Below, in pieces: positions 27,978 to 38,047 of a DNA stretch of 64,000 nt. The notes beneath the pieces were generated by a model, which was given only the letters and a program-made list of their open reading frames with translations, was not told where the DNA came from and ran no database searches. How positions within the stretch are numbered: position 1 is the stretch's first letter; each line of letters opens with the position of its first letter. Position numbers and translations under genes: made by a program. Source of the DNA: a virus (lineage: Duplodnaviria > Caudoviricetes); the IMG/VR virus record IMGVR_UViG_3300010347_002008, positions 1 through 64,000 of that record. One strand, 5' to 3'.

Positions 27978-27987
27978 ACTAAAAATA

Positions 27988-28776
27988 TTATTTATAAACA
28001 TATCCTGCAATATGTCCTCCATAAGGAAGTATTAATTCTCTCATCCATTTCAAAGGAACATAATCAACCATTTGCCAACGCCCAATATTATTTCCATTTT
28101 GGTCATGATAGAAATTTTGTATTTGGCCAATTTGATAACTAGGTTTGGTGCCAGTTGTAAATAATAATCTATAATTAAAGAACTTTCTTTTTGTTAAATC
28201 AATTTCTTCTTTGGGTTTTGGCTTTAATATACTTGAAATTCCAGTTGATGGTGTTTCAACTCCTTGTAAATGAGTATAATCATGACCCTTTGGATCCACC
28301 CATACTTCCACAGTACTATCAGGTTCCCATGTATCATAAACATTAAAAAGTGGACATTCGCCTGTTCTTAAATCAACTTTTCCCAGAGGAAGTATAGCAT
28401 TTCCTCTAAATCGACCACTTCTTCCTGAAACTTGGATCAGTATATAATGTGGTTTATATTGTTGTTCTTTAGGAAGTTTACTACCTAATATTGGATGATC
28501 TTTAAGAACCTCAAGTCTTTCAGCCGGTGGAGGCCCTTCATATCCTAATTCCTTTGCTTTATCATAGAATATTTGAACTATTTCATTCCAACCACCATAA
28601 ACCTCTGCAGCAGCTTCTGCTCTTCCAATTGCCTTATTAACATTAGTAAGAGTTTTTGCCATTTGACGTGCCAATGCAACTTCTTTTTCAAAATCTCCTC
28701 CAGATTTCTTAGCAAAGTCCTTCACACGTTTAAGATCTTTTGGTTCGTATGCTTCATTTACAAATTTAGCTCTCAT
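27988..28776 (-). CDS. Hypothetical protein with MRAKFVNE leader and internal ILKPKP motif
   Basis: ORF track. Confidence 0.8.
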   Translation of the reverse strand: MRAKFVNEAYEPKDLKRVKDFAKKSGGDFEKEVALARQMAKTLTNVNKAIGRAEAAAEVYGGWNEIVQIFYDKAKELGYEGPPPAERLEVLKDHPILGSKLPKEQQYKPHYILIQVSGRSGRFRGNAILPLGKVDLRTGECPLFNVYDTWEPDSTVEVWVDPKGHDYTHLQGVETPSTGISSILKPKPKEEIDLTKRKFFNYRLLFTTGTKPSYQIGQIQNFYHDQNGNNIGRWQMVDYVPLKWMRELILPYGGHIAGYVYK

Positions 28777-28810
28777 ATCATTGTTTATTTTTTACCAATT
28801 AATAATTATT

Positions 28811-29140
28811 TTATTTCCCAAGCGCAATACCCAATGCCGTAGTTACTAATCTGCTAGTCATTAATTTTCCTAATGTACCATGTTCGTCAATTCCTAAAAC
28901 TCTACAAATAGCTTTTCCAATAGCAGGACCAACTAGAACACCAACAACACCTCCTGCTATGGATCCTAAAACACCTTCATCAATTTCTTCTCCTTTTTCA
29001 AGTTTTTCAACTAGTATATTATATAGTTTTTCACCTTCTTGAATTTGTTCAGGGGTTAATCCTTTTACTTGTTCTGCTTCAAATATCTTCGTTGTAGAAG
29101 CATATTGAAAATCATAATAAGTTAATAGTTCTTTTGCCAT
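28811..29140 (-). CDS. Small protein with acidic N-part and Gly-zipper hydrophobic C-part
   Basis: EIDE|GVLGSIAGGVVGVLVGPAIGKAICRVLGI...ALGIALGK. Confidence 0.75.
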   Translation of the reverse strand: MAKELLTYYDFQYASTTKIFEAEQVKGLTPEQIQEGEKLYNILVEKLEKGEEIDEGVLGSIAGGVVGVLVGPAIGKAICRVLGIDEHGTLGKLMTSRLVTTALGIALGK

Positions 29141-29158
29141 AACTATAATTATTTTTTA

Positions 29159-29938
29159 TTAAAAATCATCATCATCTTCATAATTCCCAAAATGTGGTTC
29201 TCTTCTTTTGTTTCCAACACCAATCGAGTGTTTAGTAAGTAGAATATCCAAAACATCATTAACCTCTTCCGGATTTTCAGTTTCAAAATATTCTTTTAAG
29301 GCTTTATCAAATTGTTCATCATTTATATAATCTAAAAAATATTCAATTACATTTTGTTGATAAGGTATTAATTCTCTAATAATTTGTCTTAATTGTTCAG
29401 GCTCCATTTTTTCCATTAGAACCTCTACAAATATTTCTTCATCTGCCCCTGCATCTATTAAATATCTTACAACATCTTCAGGATTCATAAATTTATCTTT
29501 AACCGCCCGCATTTTTTCTTCAGCATCATATTGGTCAAGATACTTTTGAATGTCTTCTTTAGATTTGGGTTTCAAAACATCTGTAATAGATCCCTCGTTA
29601 ACCTCTTCTTCATATTGAACAAATCTTTCAAGAATATCTACGGCTTTGTCTAAATCTATTTGTTCAATATCATATCCTAATTGTTCAAGTGTACGGATAG
29701 CTAATCTTTCTAATTCTGATCTATCGCGAACATAATAATCTCTCAATCCTGCTGCAGCAGCATCACGTAATTGCCATTGCCACCAAGTTTCATCCATATT
29801 TAACTTAGCTTCTTGGTTCAATTCCCATTTAAATATGGGATCTTGCCATTGCCACCAAGTTTCATCCATATTTAACTTAGCTTCTTGGTTCAATTCCCAT
29901 TTAAATATGGGATCTTCAGTTACATGTTTTGCTCTCAT
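29159..29938 (-). CDS. Acidic protein with MRAKHVTE leader, 24-aa duplication and internal VLKPKS motif
   Basis: ORF track. Confidence 0.8.
   Translation of the reverse strand: MRAKHVTEDPIFKWELNQEAKLNMDETWWQWQDPIFKWELNQEAKLNMDETWWQWQLRDAAAAGLRDYYVRDRSELERLAIRTLEQLGYDIEQIDLDKAVDILERFVQYEEEVNEGSITDVLKPKSKEDIQKYLDQYDAEEKMRAVKDKFMNPEDVVRYLIDAGADEEIFVEVLMEKMEPEQLRQIIRELIPYQQNVIEYFLDYINDEQFDKALKEYFETENPEEVNDVLDILLTKHSIGVGNKRREPHFGNYEDDDDF
29771..29914. repeat. Perfect 72-bp tandem duplication (in frame)
   Basis: 29771-29842 is identical to 29843-29914; encodes DPIFKWELNQEAKLNMDETWWQWQ twice. Confidence 0.95.
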
Positions 29939-30255
29939 CCTAAAGCTCTTTTCATTAATTCATCTGTGATTTCATTCACATGATCTTGTAAAATATCACT
30001 TAAAATCCAATGTATTTTTTCATTGTTTGTTCTTCTCGAGGAACCACTCCAAAAAGAAATATAAGTATCAATTAAATCTTGGTCATCAATTCCTCTCTCA
30101 ACAAATTCATCATACAATTTTTTCCAGTTTTCTCCAAATAATTCTACAACAATGGCATATTTATTCGTTATTGATCCTTTATCTATTAATTCTTCTACAA
30201 TCTTTTTTGGATCCTTAGGTTTTAATATGTTAATGCTTTCTCTTACTAATTCCAT
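29935..30255 (-). CDS. Hypothetical protein with ILKPK motif
   Basis: MELVRE|SINILKPKDPKKI. Confidence 0.75.
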   Translation of the reverse strand: MELVRESINILKPKDPKKIVEELIDKGSITNKYAIVVELFGENWKKLYDEFVERGIDDQDLIDTYISFWSGSSRRTNNEKIHWILSDILQDHVNEITDELMKRALG

Positions 30256-31040
30256 TGTAAATCTAAATCAATTTTTTCTTTTTGCCAATCTTCTTGTACC
30301 CAAATATTAAGTAATATTTTAACACCTCCACTACAATTTGGACCTAGCCCATCAGATATAAAATTTCCTTCAATATTTTCATCTATTGTATATACGGCAA
30401 TTTGTCTTTTCCAATTATTTTTATATGCTTCTAAAACATAATCAATTAAATTATTAATTATGTTATCGGTGTTTTTAGAAAATTTTGTTAAATCCCAATC
30501 AGGTTCCCAAACATATAAAGCAATTAAGTTTCCTTTAGCTTTTTGTATTCTTTGCCTAATCGCGTCAATATCCATAATCTCTCTAATATATTGATCTATT
30601 TCTTCTTGAGATTTAGGTTTTAAAACTTCTTTAACATTTTCAGACAAATATCCTGGAACTAATTTACTTAATGCTTTATCGATACTTTCTTCTGATAATG
30701 AAGATAACATCATCTCAACTAAGTCCATTGATCCCATTTTTGCTTTTAAATCTTCTTTAGAAAATACTAAATTTTCATCATTATCAGCAAAAGGAGATTC
30801 GTCAAAGGCACTGTTATTATATAATTCTAATAATGTTTCCCAAATACCAGTATCACTTAATGTTTCATCTAAAAAATCAAGAAAATCATCATAAGATCCC
30901 CAAAATTTTGACATACCTGTTTCAAAAAGAAGTTTCTCTTTTTCTTCAACATCCATACGAGAAAAGGCCTTTTTAATTTCTGATTTAGGCTTGGGCTGTA
31001 AAATATCTTCTAATGATTCTTTGACAAACATTAAGGACAA
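30246..31040 (-). CDS. Two-domain hypothetical protein, each domain opened by a KPK motif
   Basis: FVKE|SLEDILQPKPKSEI and LSE|NVKEVLKPKSQEEI. Confidence 0.75.
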   Translation of the reverse strand: MSLMFVKESLEDILQPKPKSEIKKAFSRMDVEEKEKLLFETGMSKFWGSYDDFLDFLDETLSDTGIWETLLELYNNSAFDESPFADNDENLVFSKEDLKAKMGSMDLVEMMLSSLSEESIDKALSKLVPGYLSENVKEVLKPKSQEEIDQYIREIMDIDAIRQRIQKAKGNLIALYVWEPDWDLTKFSKNTDNIINNLIDYVLEAYKNNWKRQIAVYTIDENIEGNFISDGLGPNCSGGVKILLNIWVQEDWQKEKIDLDLQWN

Positions 31041-31058
31041 TATATTTTTTATTATATA

Positions 31059-31634
31059 TTATCTACCCTTAATATCATAGTTATCATTGTCAATTCTTCT
31101 TTTAATCTTAAAACGGTTATAACGAAGATTTAAAGTGAAGGTGTTAAATTCTGCGGCAGTTGTTGCATAAGAAATATCAAACTGGGACATACCGAGAGGA
31201 ATTATTTTATCAAAAGAAAATGCGACTAATTCAAACCCATGATGATCCAAAAAAGAAACATACATTGGATCCCAAAAAGGCTTTTTAACTTCATAAATTT
31301 GAATGAACAATTCTATCTGTTCAAACAAAATCCAATATGTAATAAATCCTTCAGATAGTTTAAAAGTAAGTGTCAAATTCTTATCAAATAACGGTTCAAG
31401 CTCCTTACCAGGGCGATAAGCAATACGAAACTGCTGTTGTCCTTGTTCAACAGGAGATAATTCGATAGAAGGAAAAGTAAGACTCTGTACAGACGCATTG
31501 ATAAAGTCTTCCAAATTTTCATAAGGAAGTTTTAATCTCTTTACAACAGGAGTCCATTTCTGATGAATTTCTGGATAAAAGAAACTCTTTGGGAATCGTA
31601 TGATGAATTGGTTTTGTAAAGAATTTAAAATCAT
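31059..31634 (-). CDS. Tail tube-like / baseplate tube-fold protein
   Basis: 191 aa; SVQSLTFPS, LTLTFKL, FNTFTLNLRYN pattern resembles the gp19-type tube fold; at the edge of the tail module. Confidence 0.5.
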   Translation of the reverse strand: MILNSLQNQFIIRFPKSFFYPEIHQKWTPVVKRLKLPYENLEDFINASVQSLTFPSIELSPVEQGQQQFRIAYRPGKELEPLFDKNLTLTFKLSEGFITYWILFEQIELFIQIYEVKKPFWDPMYVSFLDHHGFELVAFSFDKIIPLGMSQFDISYATTAAEFNTFTLNLRYNRFKIKRRIDNDNYDIKGR

Positions 31635-31668
31635 TTGACGATATATAATTTAAAATATATATCTTTGT

Positions 31669-32584
31669 ATGAAAATTATTTGTCAAATTTGTAATAGAGA
31701 ATTTTCTCGTCTTTCTGATCTTTCTAAACATGTAGGGGTTTTTCATAATTCTCAAAAAGATTATTATGATCTTTACTTAAAATCTCCTGATGAGGGTATA
31801 TGTGCTGAATGTGGAAACCCCACAAAATATTCTAATAAATGGCAACGAGGTTATCTTAAATATTGTTCTCAAGAATGTGAAAACAAAGGATCATTTAAAG
31901 AATTTGAAAAAACTAATTTAATTAAATATGGAGTTAATAATCCAAATAAAATAAAATCTGTTAGAAATAAAATAAAACAAACTAATATTAAAAAATATGG
32001 TAATTCTTGTCCTATGCAAAATGATAAAATTCAAAATGAAATAAGAAATAATAATCTTAAAAATTTAGGGGTTGAATTGCCTTTTCAATCTAAAGAAATT
32101 CAAGAAAAATCTTCCTTAATAAGAGAACAAAAATACGGGGCTAAATATACTTTGCAAAATAGAGAATTGTATAATAAAGTAAAGTCATCTATAAATAAAA
32201 AGTATGGATGTGATTATTTGATGCAAAATACCGTTCTGTTTGAAAAAGCTTTTAAAACTAGAATAAAATTAAAATCTTATAAAAATACTGAATTATTATA
32301 TCAAGGTTCGTATGAATTAGATTTTTTTAGAAAAATATTATGATAAATTTAATATTTAGCGAGGTCCGTCAATAAAATATAAACATAATAAAAAACAAAA
32401 AATTTATCATAGTGATTTTTTAATTCCATCCAAAAATTTGATAGTAGAATGTAAAAACTCTTATTTAGCTAAAAGAGATAAAAATATTTTAATAAAAAAG
32501 AAAAAAGCCTCCTTAAGAGAAGGCTTTAAATGGATTATGATAATCGATAAAAACTATTCAAAATTTGAAAAAATTATTGATTAG
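31669..32584 (+). pseudogene. Degenerate Zn-finger + KYG-repeat + PD-(D/E)xK homing-type endonuclease
   Basis: C2H2 (CQIC...H...H), CAEC...YCSQEC, KYG repeats. An extra T in the T7 run at 32322-32328 shifts the frame; the restored frame has TAG at 32357-32359 then RGPSIKY...YHSDFLIPSKNLIVECKNSY to TAG 32582-32584. Confidence 0.8.
32504..32527 (-). terminator. Probable terminator for the tail operon, embedded in the endonuclease pseudogene
   Basis: AAAGCCT/AGGCTTT hairpin followed by a T tract on the minus strand, about 50 nt after the 32574 stop. Confidence 0.5.
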
Positions 32585-34379
32585 CTTTTAATGCAGCATT
32601 TTCTTCTTGCAAAGATTTTACTTGTGTTTCAAGATCTGCAATTTTTGTATTTAAACTATTTACATCATATATTTCTTGATACTGTAATACAACTTGATCA
32701 TAGTTTCTATAACTGTAGAATAATCCTTCATAGAAAATATATTGTGTACCATCAGAATTTTTAATTATGATTGAATAACCATTATTAGTTTGACTCAATA
32801 ATTTTGCAACTTGATCAGCCATTAATTTAAATTCTAATTGTCCTAATGTGGTATTCATATTTGTTGAATAAGTTGGATTCACTTCTATTTTAGTTTTATC
32901 ATCTAATGTGAATGATAAAGCATAATTATAAACACCAGATAAATCAACATTTTCTCTTTGAATAGGATCTGTGTTTTGATTTAATCTTTCAAATTTAAAC
33001 AAATAGGTTGAATCACCATCCTTAAGGAATAATGGTCCCGTCCCTTGGGGGAGGACTTCGTTATTCATGTTTAGCACCACATTAGTTGTGTCATAAAAGA
33101 TCTTTACATACTTAGTTTTTTGTGGTCCTGCACCTGAAACAATGTTTGCAACTTCACCAGGAATCTTGTTAAATACTTTATAAGGAATATAATTGTCAAT
33201 GTTTATTCTTGTAAATGTTCTTCCATACTTTTTAGGATCTGTAGATGAAAAAGAAGCTTTGCGAATGATTTGTGAACCATCCATTCTGTTCATTAATCTA
33301 CAAATGTATTCAATATTATATGAAGAAGCAATATCAGAGTTGATAATAATTGGTCTAAACTTATTAGGTGTCATAAAGTTACTCTCTTGAGTAAACTGAA
33401 ATCTTTGTGTCATCAAGGTTGTTCCAGGAGGAATCAATTCATAAACTTGTATTTCATGAATTAACACCCATTTAGCAGCCTCTGTTCCATACTCTTCTGT
33501 AAATTCTTGATAATTGTCATTTGGGTTATTTGAAGTGAATAAAGGAATTCTGCCACTTTCAATATCGCCCATGTATTCACCAATTATAGTATCTTTCCAT
33601 GTAGCATAATATTCAATGTAATCTCCGGCTGTAGATTCCGCAATAAAACAATTGAAATTATCTGCATTAGAAGTAACCGGCAATTGTAATTGAACTTTTT
33701 CTGAAATAACATATTGATAGTTATCAATCTCAGGAATTGTACTATATTGAATATAAACATCTGACAACTCTTGTATTTCTAATGAATCTTCAATTGGAAT
33801 TCCTGTAGGATATGATGAAACTTGATGTCCCAAATGTTGTATAGAAGGAACTTTAAATTCTACATATTTGTCATAAAATCTGTTTCCTAAGTATAAAGGT
33901 TCAACAGCAAATTTAACTACATAATTTCCTCTAACTTGTTTTATCCAAGTAAAGTTCGATAAATCAACTAAATAACCTGATACATCTTCTGCACGAATTT
34001 GTAAAAGAAAACCTGCTATATCATCAAAATTATATCCAGAAACAATATGAACTTTTATAGTATCGTGAGCATAAGGAAGAATTTGTCCAATATTTACTGA
34101 TGAATCAAAATACGAATAATAAAGTGATGGATCAAAAGGATCATCATTATTAATGTACCAAGTTGATCTACTTGAATTAGTAGGAACAGACTGCGTGGAA
34201 AGCATATTGTTTGTATTTCCAGGAGCCTCGTTTGTATAATATTGTTTTACACCCCAAACTGTTTCAGCTAAAAAAGGATTACCACAATTTATTGCAACAT
34301 CATCACGATTGAATTCATACTCTAAAAGTAAGAAATCATTGAGCTGTACATATTTGGAAATATTTGTAGCCATAATCAA
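32574..34379 (-). CDS. Putative virion structural (baseplate/tail) protein with C-terminal coiled coil
   Basis: 601 aa, beta-rich, in the tail module. Confidence 0.55.
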   Translation of the reverse strand: MIMATNISKYVQLNDFLLLEYEFNRDDVAINCGNPFLAETVWGVKQYYTNEAPGNTNNMLSTQSVPTNSSRSTWYINNDDPFDPSLYYSYFDSSVNIGQILPYAHDTIKVHIVSGYNFDDIAGFLLQIRAEDVSGYLVDLSNFTWIKQVRGNYVVKFAVEPLYLGNRFYDKYVEFKVPSIQHLGHQVSSYPTGIPIEDSLEIQELSDVYIQYSTIPEIDNYQYVISEKVQLQLPVTSNADNFNCFIAESTAGDYIEYYATWKDTIIGEYMGDIESGRIPLFTSNNPNDNYQEFTEEYGTEAAKWVLIHEIQVYELIPPGTTLMTQRFQFTQESNFMTPNKFRPIIINSDIASSYNIEYICRLMNRMDGSQIIRKASFSSTDPKKYGRTFTRINIDNYIPYKVFNKIPGEVANIVSGAGPQKTKYVKIFYDTTNVVLNMNNEVLPQGTGPLFLKDGDSTYLFKFERLNQNTDPIQRENVDLSGVYNYALSFTLDDKTKIEVNPTYSTNMNTTLGQLEFKLMADQVAKLLSQTNNGYSIIIKNSDGTQYIFYEGLFYSYRNYDQVVLQYQEIYDVNSLNTKIADLETQVKSLQEENAALKANQ

Positions 34380-35039
34380 TTAATTTTTTAATTTAAATGA
34401 AAGTTCAAATTCTTCGAAAATTTGACCCTCATCATATTCATCAAATGAAATAAAACTCTCGTTAGCTTTATCTTTTTTATTTTTAACTTTATCTTTAGAA
34501 TCCTTCCATAATCCTGTAAGATCATTTAAAAAAATCCCGCCTTTTGATAATATTTTATGTATAACTCTTAAAACAAAAAGTATAATAGCGATTTTTAAGA
34601 ATAACATACCTCCCCAGTGCCATTCATTTTCGGCTCCTCTAAGAACTTTATCCATAAAATCCGCCTTTACAACATATGTATTCTGTATAAATCCCCAAAC
34701 TCCAGCAACAAGAGAGGCAATAGTTCCAACATTTAATATTTGCTGCATTCTCTTTGCTTTTTTTCTACTAACTAAAGATGTTCCGGCAGTTTTAAGCACA
34801 TCGTTGGCTGTATCAAGAACTTTTCCAGCAATTTCCTTTCTTTTTTGTTTTCCCTTATCAGTGCCCCATTCCTCTTCAGAAACTCCAAGTTCTTGCTGAA
34901 CTTTTCTTAATAAATCTTTTAATTCTTTTTCATGTTGACGAAGTTGTTCTTGTCTTTCTGGATCAAGATCATCATCACCTCTTAATGATGTTTGTTTTTC
35001 TTCTTTTTCGTCTTCAATATCTAATAAATCTCCTGCCAT
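34380..35039 (-). CDS. Protein with two hydrophobic segments between charged termini
   Basis: IASLVAGVWGFI and WGGMLFLKIAIILFVLRVI; C-terminal NE|SFISFDEY motif. Confidence 0.65.
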   Translation of the reverse strand: MAGDLLDIEDEKEEKQTSLRGDDDLDPERQEQLRQHEKELKDLLRKVQQELGVSEEEWGTDKGKQKRKEIAGKVLDTANDVLKTAGTSLVSRKKAKRMQQILNVGTIASLVAGVWGFIQNTYVVKADFMDKVLRGAENEWHWGGMLFLKIAIILFVLRVIHKILSKGGIFLNDLTGLWKDSKDKVKNKKDKANESFISFDEYDEGQIFEEFELSFKLKN

Positions 35040-35053
35040 TACATTTAATTATT

Positions 35054-35917
35054 TTACCATTGATAAATTGTATAGCCAAATGAAGGACCAACAACAATTG
35101 TAGGTTTCTTCTGAATAAAATCGTATGTTGGCATAATACCCAAATTAACACTAAACCCAGTAAACCAGTGTGAACGTTTTGGAACATCTAATAAAACCCC
35201 TTGCATATTTGTTACACTAAATCCAGGATATTTACTATTTGCAAAAACTCTTAATCTTCCATTTTCCCATTTCTGACCCCATACTAACTCTATCTGTGTT
35301 GCTCTGGAAGTCATTTCGGTTCCTAGATGTTTAACTTCTACATCTCCTAATTCAAAATTAGATCTTGCAAAAATAGCTGGTTCATTATCAGGAGTTAATA
35401 AATATCTATCCTTAGCCCATACTAATCTAACCTTTGTTTGTCCTTTAAATAAATCATAATTTGTTGTATCTTTGTCATAAATATAATGAAGAGTCCATGG
35501 AACTAAATATGTGGAGTCGTTTAATTTTATAGGTTCTTCTAATAAATCTTTAAGATGTGCAATATACTTTCTAAGATCAGTCGTATCCTGTTGTAATAGA
35601 ATAACAATTTTGTTTAATGATATAACCTTTCCTTTTTGTTTTTGTAACTCATCATACAAATCCTTATTAAGTTTTTTCAATTCCTTTTCAGAAGCTATGA
35701 AACCGTCAATTGTAAATTGAAGTTCCCCTGTTTTAAGTCTTTCTTTCTTAAGAGTATCTGTCAAAGCAGAATTATTTTGTTCAGTTCTCTCTAAATCTTC
35801 TCTTAATTCTCTATTTCGCTGACACATAGTAGCCAAGAATATAACTAAAACAATAGCTACAACATATCCAAAAAATTTTGAATTAATAAAGTTCCAAATT
35901 GCTTTTAAAAATTTCAT
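35054..35917 (-). CDS. N-terminal TM + coiled coil + C-terminal amphipathic beta-strands (envelope-spanning, spanin-like candidate)
   Basis: FFGYVVAIVLVIFLATMC anchor; heptads; ends TGFSVNLGIMPTY...TIVVGPSFGYTIYQW. Confidence 0.55.
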   Translation of the reverse strand: MKFLKAIWNFINSKFFGYVVAIVLVIFLATMCQRNRELREDLERTEQNNSALTDTLKKERLKTGELQFTIDGFIASEKELKKLNKDLYDELQKQKGKVISLNKIVILLQQDTTDLRKYIAHLKDLLEEPIKLNDSTYLVPWTLHYIYDKDTTNYDLFKGQTKVRLVWAKDRYLLTPDNEPAIFARSNFELGDVEVKHLGTEMTSRATQIELVWGQKWENGRLRVFANSKYPGFSVTNMQGVLLDVPKRSHWFTGFSVNLGIMPTYDFIQKKPTIVVGPSFGYTIYQW

Positions 35918-35927
35918 ATATAATTTT

Positions 35928-38003
35928 TTAATTTGCTTGAATTATTATCAACATAGGATAACCATCTACACCACCAGCACTACAATCCATTTGTCCATAT
36001 CCAGATGCTGGGTATGACCCAACAAATGTTGGTCCCCACCCCTCTCCGGATCCAGTTAGATCGTATATTGTTACTCCGCTAATAGAAGGAGTAGGAAGAG
36101 ACCACTGCCAATCAATTGGAGCACTATCTGTAAATCTCATCGATGTATATAAAGTATCACCATAATAAATAGTTCCATAATCAACTTGCCAATATCCAGA
36201 TCCACCATATGATGATTGATAATTAAGATTTATAGGAAGACTATACTCTGTTCCTCCAATTTCTATCCAGACCTCAACACCCCTTTGATATATTGTTAAA
36301 GAACCTACAGGGGTTGTGCCACTAACAAATTCAATAGTACCATATCTCTGATATTCAATGTCATTGTCTTCATCCAATGTTATTGTAATAGGAGTTAAAG
36401 TTCCAGCAGGACCTGACATCGGAGAAATTGAAACCCATGGAGGATATGAATCTATAGACCATGGACATGCAGCATTTGCTGAAACATCAACAGTCCAAGG
36501 ATTGGAACCTCCAACATTTCCATTTCTAGAAGCATCAATGTAATAATATGGCCATGAATATGAATAAAGTTTTGAATTTCCAGTTAACCATAATTCAGGA
36601 CCTATAGCTCCTCTTGGTTGGTAAATTGAAACATCTTTATAAATTGTATTTCCTGGTAATAGATGAACTCTAATTTTTCCAACACGTGAATTTATAGATT
36701 CATTAGCTATTACGTCAACTAAAATTGATCCATCTAATCCTCCAATACTTGTGCATCTAATATTATACATAAAATCAGATGGATTAGATAAAATAGAGGC
36801 ATTCCAAGTAAAGTTTGCGTCAACATCAAATCCTAAATCAAACGCAGCATCCGATGCACTTAATACATAACTACTTGGATTAACATAAATGGCGCCTTTA
36901 AATAAATTCTGCACTTCAGAATTTCTTGTCCATCCAGTATCTGTATATAATTTCATGTAATATGCGTATGTTTTTGCCGGAGATAGTCCTGTTATAGTTA
37001 CATAACTTCCGGGAGTGCTTGAAACATTTGAAAATATTAAAGGTCTTAATGATACATCATTTATGAAACTAAATGTTTTTCCATTATAGGGATAATTATT
37101 TTCATAGAAATATAAATCACCATAAACATTTGTTGCTCCATTTACAAAATCAGATAAATTCCAGTTTATTGAACAATTAGTAGTTCCCATTGTTCCGTAA
37201 AAACTGGTTGGAGACGATTGAAAATTAGGATCAAATATTGAATTGGCTTTTATTTCATAATTTGTTAAAATCGCACCTACACAAGTATCTTGAGTAAAGG
37301 TATTTTTTCCTAATTCTTTCTTTTGACGTAATAATGAAACATCAAAAATTAAGTTAGTATTTCTTAATAAACCAGTATTATCCAAGTTTCCAATATGAAA
37401 AGCTTTTTCTACTTCATTGTAAACTATAGCTAATGCTTTATGATTATCTTGAGGAGCATTTTCCCCAGATGTATATACTGTAAATGCATTATATTTTAAA
37501 GCAGCGTCCGATTTAATATTTGTATATTCAATTCTTGCAAAATTCTTGGGTTGAACATCATAAATATTTTCTGGAACAGCTGTATAATCAATAGCACCTG
37601 AAACAGTATAAACATTATCAATGATAAATTTTGGAGATGAATTACTATTAAAATATCTTTCAAATCCATTACTTGTATCTTTGCCTAGAGGAACAAAAAA
37701 ACCTCCCATATTTAAGCTAGCAAATTTGTATTGATATGTATCAGTTTCGGCATTTATTTCATATGCTAAACCATCACTATCAAAAAACAAATCTCCTGTA
37801 ACATAAACACGCCCATCAGGTAAAGGTTCATCTGCAGGCCAGAGAGTTAAATTGTTTGCTATTTTATTATTAATAATTGTAGTTTGTGTATTTGGATTTA
37901 AGCTTGTAAAATACATAGCAAGGCCTTGGCGACCATCTTCTCCTCGGTCTCCTTTTGTACCATATCCAGGTTTACCTGGTGCGTATTTGAATTTTTCGCT
38001 CAT
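35928..38003 (-). CDS. Tail-associated protein with FN3-like and BACON-like domains
   Basis: Short Gly-x-y stretch; ITGLSPAKTY (FN3-like); PWVSISPMSG...RYGTI and SRVGKI (BACON-like). Paralog of 38048-40024. Confidence 0.65.
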   Translation of the reverse strand: MSEKFKYAPGKPGYGTKGDRGEDGRQGLAMYFTSLNPNTQTTIINNKIANNLTLWPADEPLPDGRVYVTGDLFFDSDGLAYEINAETDTYQYKFASLNMGGFFVPLGKDTSNGFERYFNSNSSPKFIIDNVYTVSGAIDYTAVPENIYDVQPKNFARIEYTNIKSDAALKYNAFTVYTSGENAPQDNHKALAIVYNEVEKAFHIGNLDNTGLLRNTNLIFDVSLLRQKKELGKNTFTQDTCVGAILTNYEIKANSIFDPNFQSSPTSFYGTMGTTNCSINWNLSDFVNGATNVYGDLYFYENNYPYNGKTFSFINDVSLRPLIFSNVSSTPGSYVTITGLSPAKTYAYYMKLYTDTGWTRNSEVQNLFKGAIYVNPSSYVLSASDAAFDLGFDVDANFTWNASILSNPSDFMYNIRCTSIGGLDGSILVDVIANESINSRVGKIRVHLLPGNTIYKDVSIYQPRGAIGPELWLTGNSKLYSYSWPYYYIDASRNGNVGGSNPWTVDVSANAACPWSIDSYPPWVSISPMSGPAGTLTPITITLDEDNDIEYQRYGTIEFVSGTTPVGSLTIYQRGVEVWIEIGGTEYSLPINLNYQSSYGGSGYWQVDYGTIYYGDTLYTSMRFTDSAPIDWQWSLPTPSISGVTIYDLTGSGEGWGPTFVGSYPASGYGQMDCSAGGVDGYPMLIIIQAN

Positions 38004-38047
38004 ATTTACTTTATTTATATATTTTATTTATAAAAACATATCATCTA

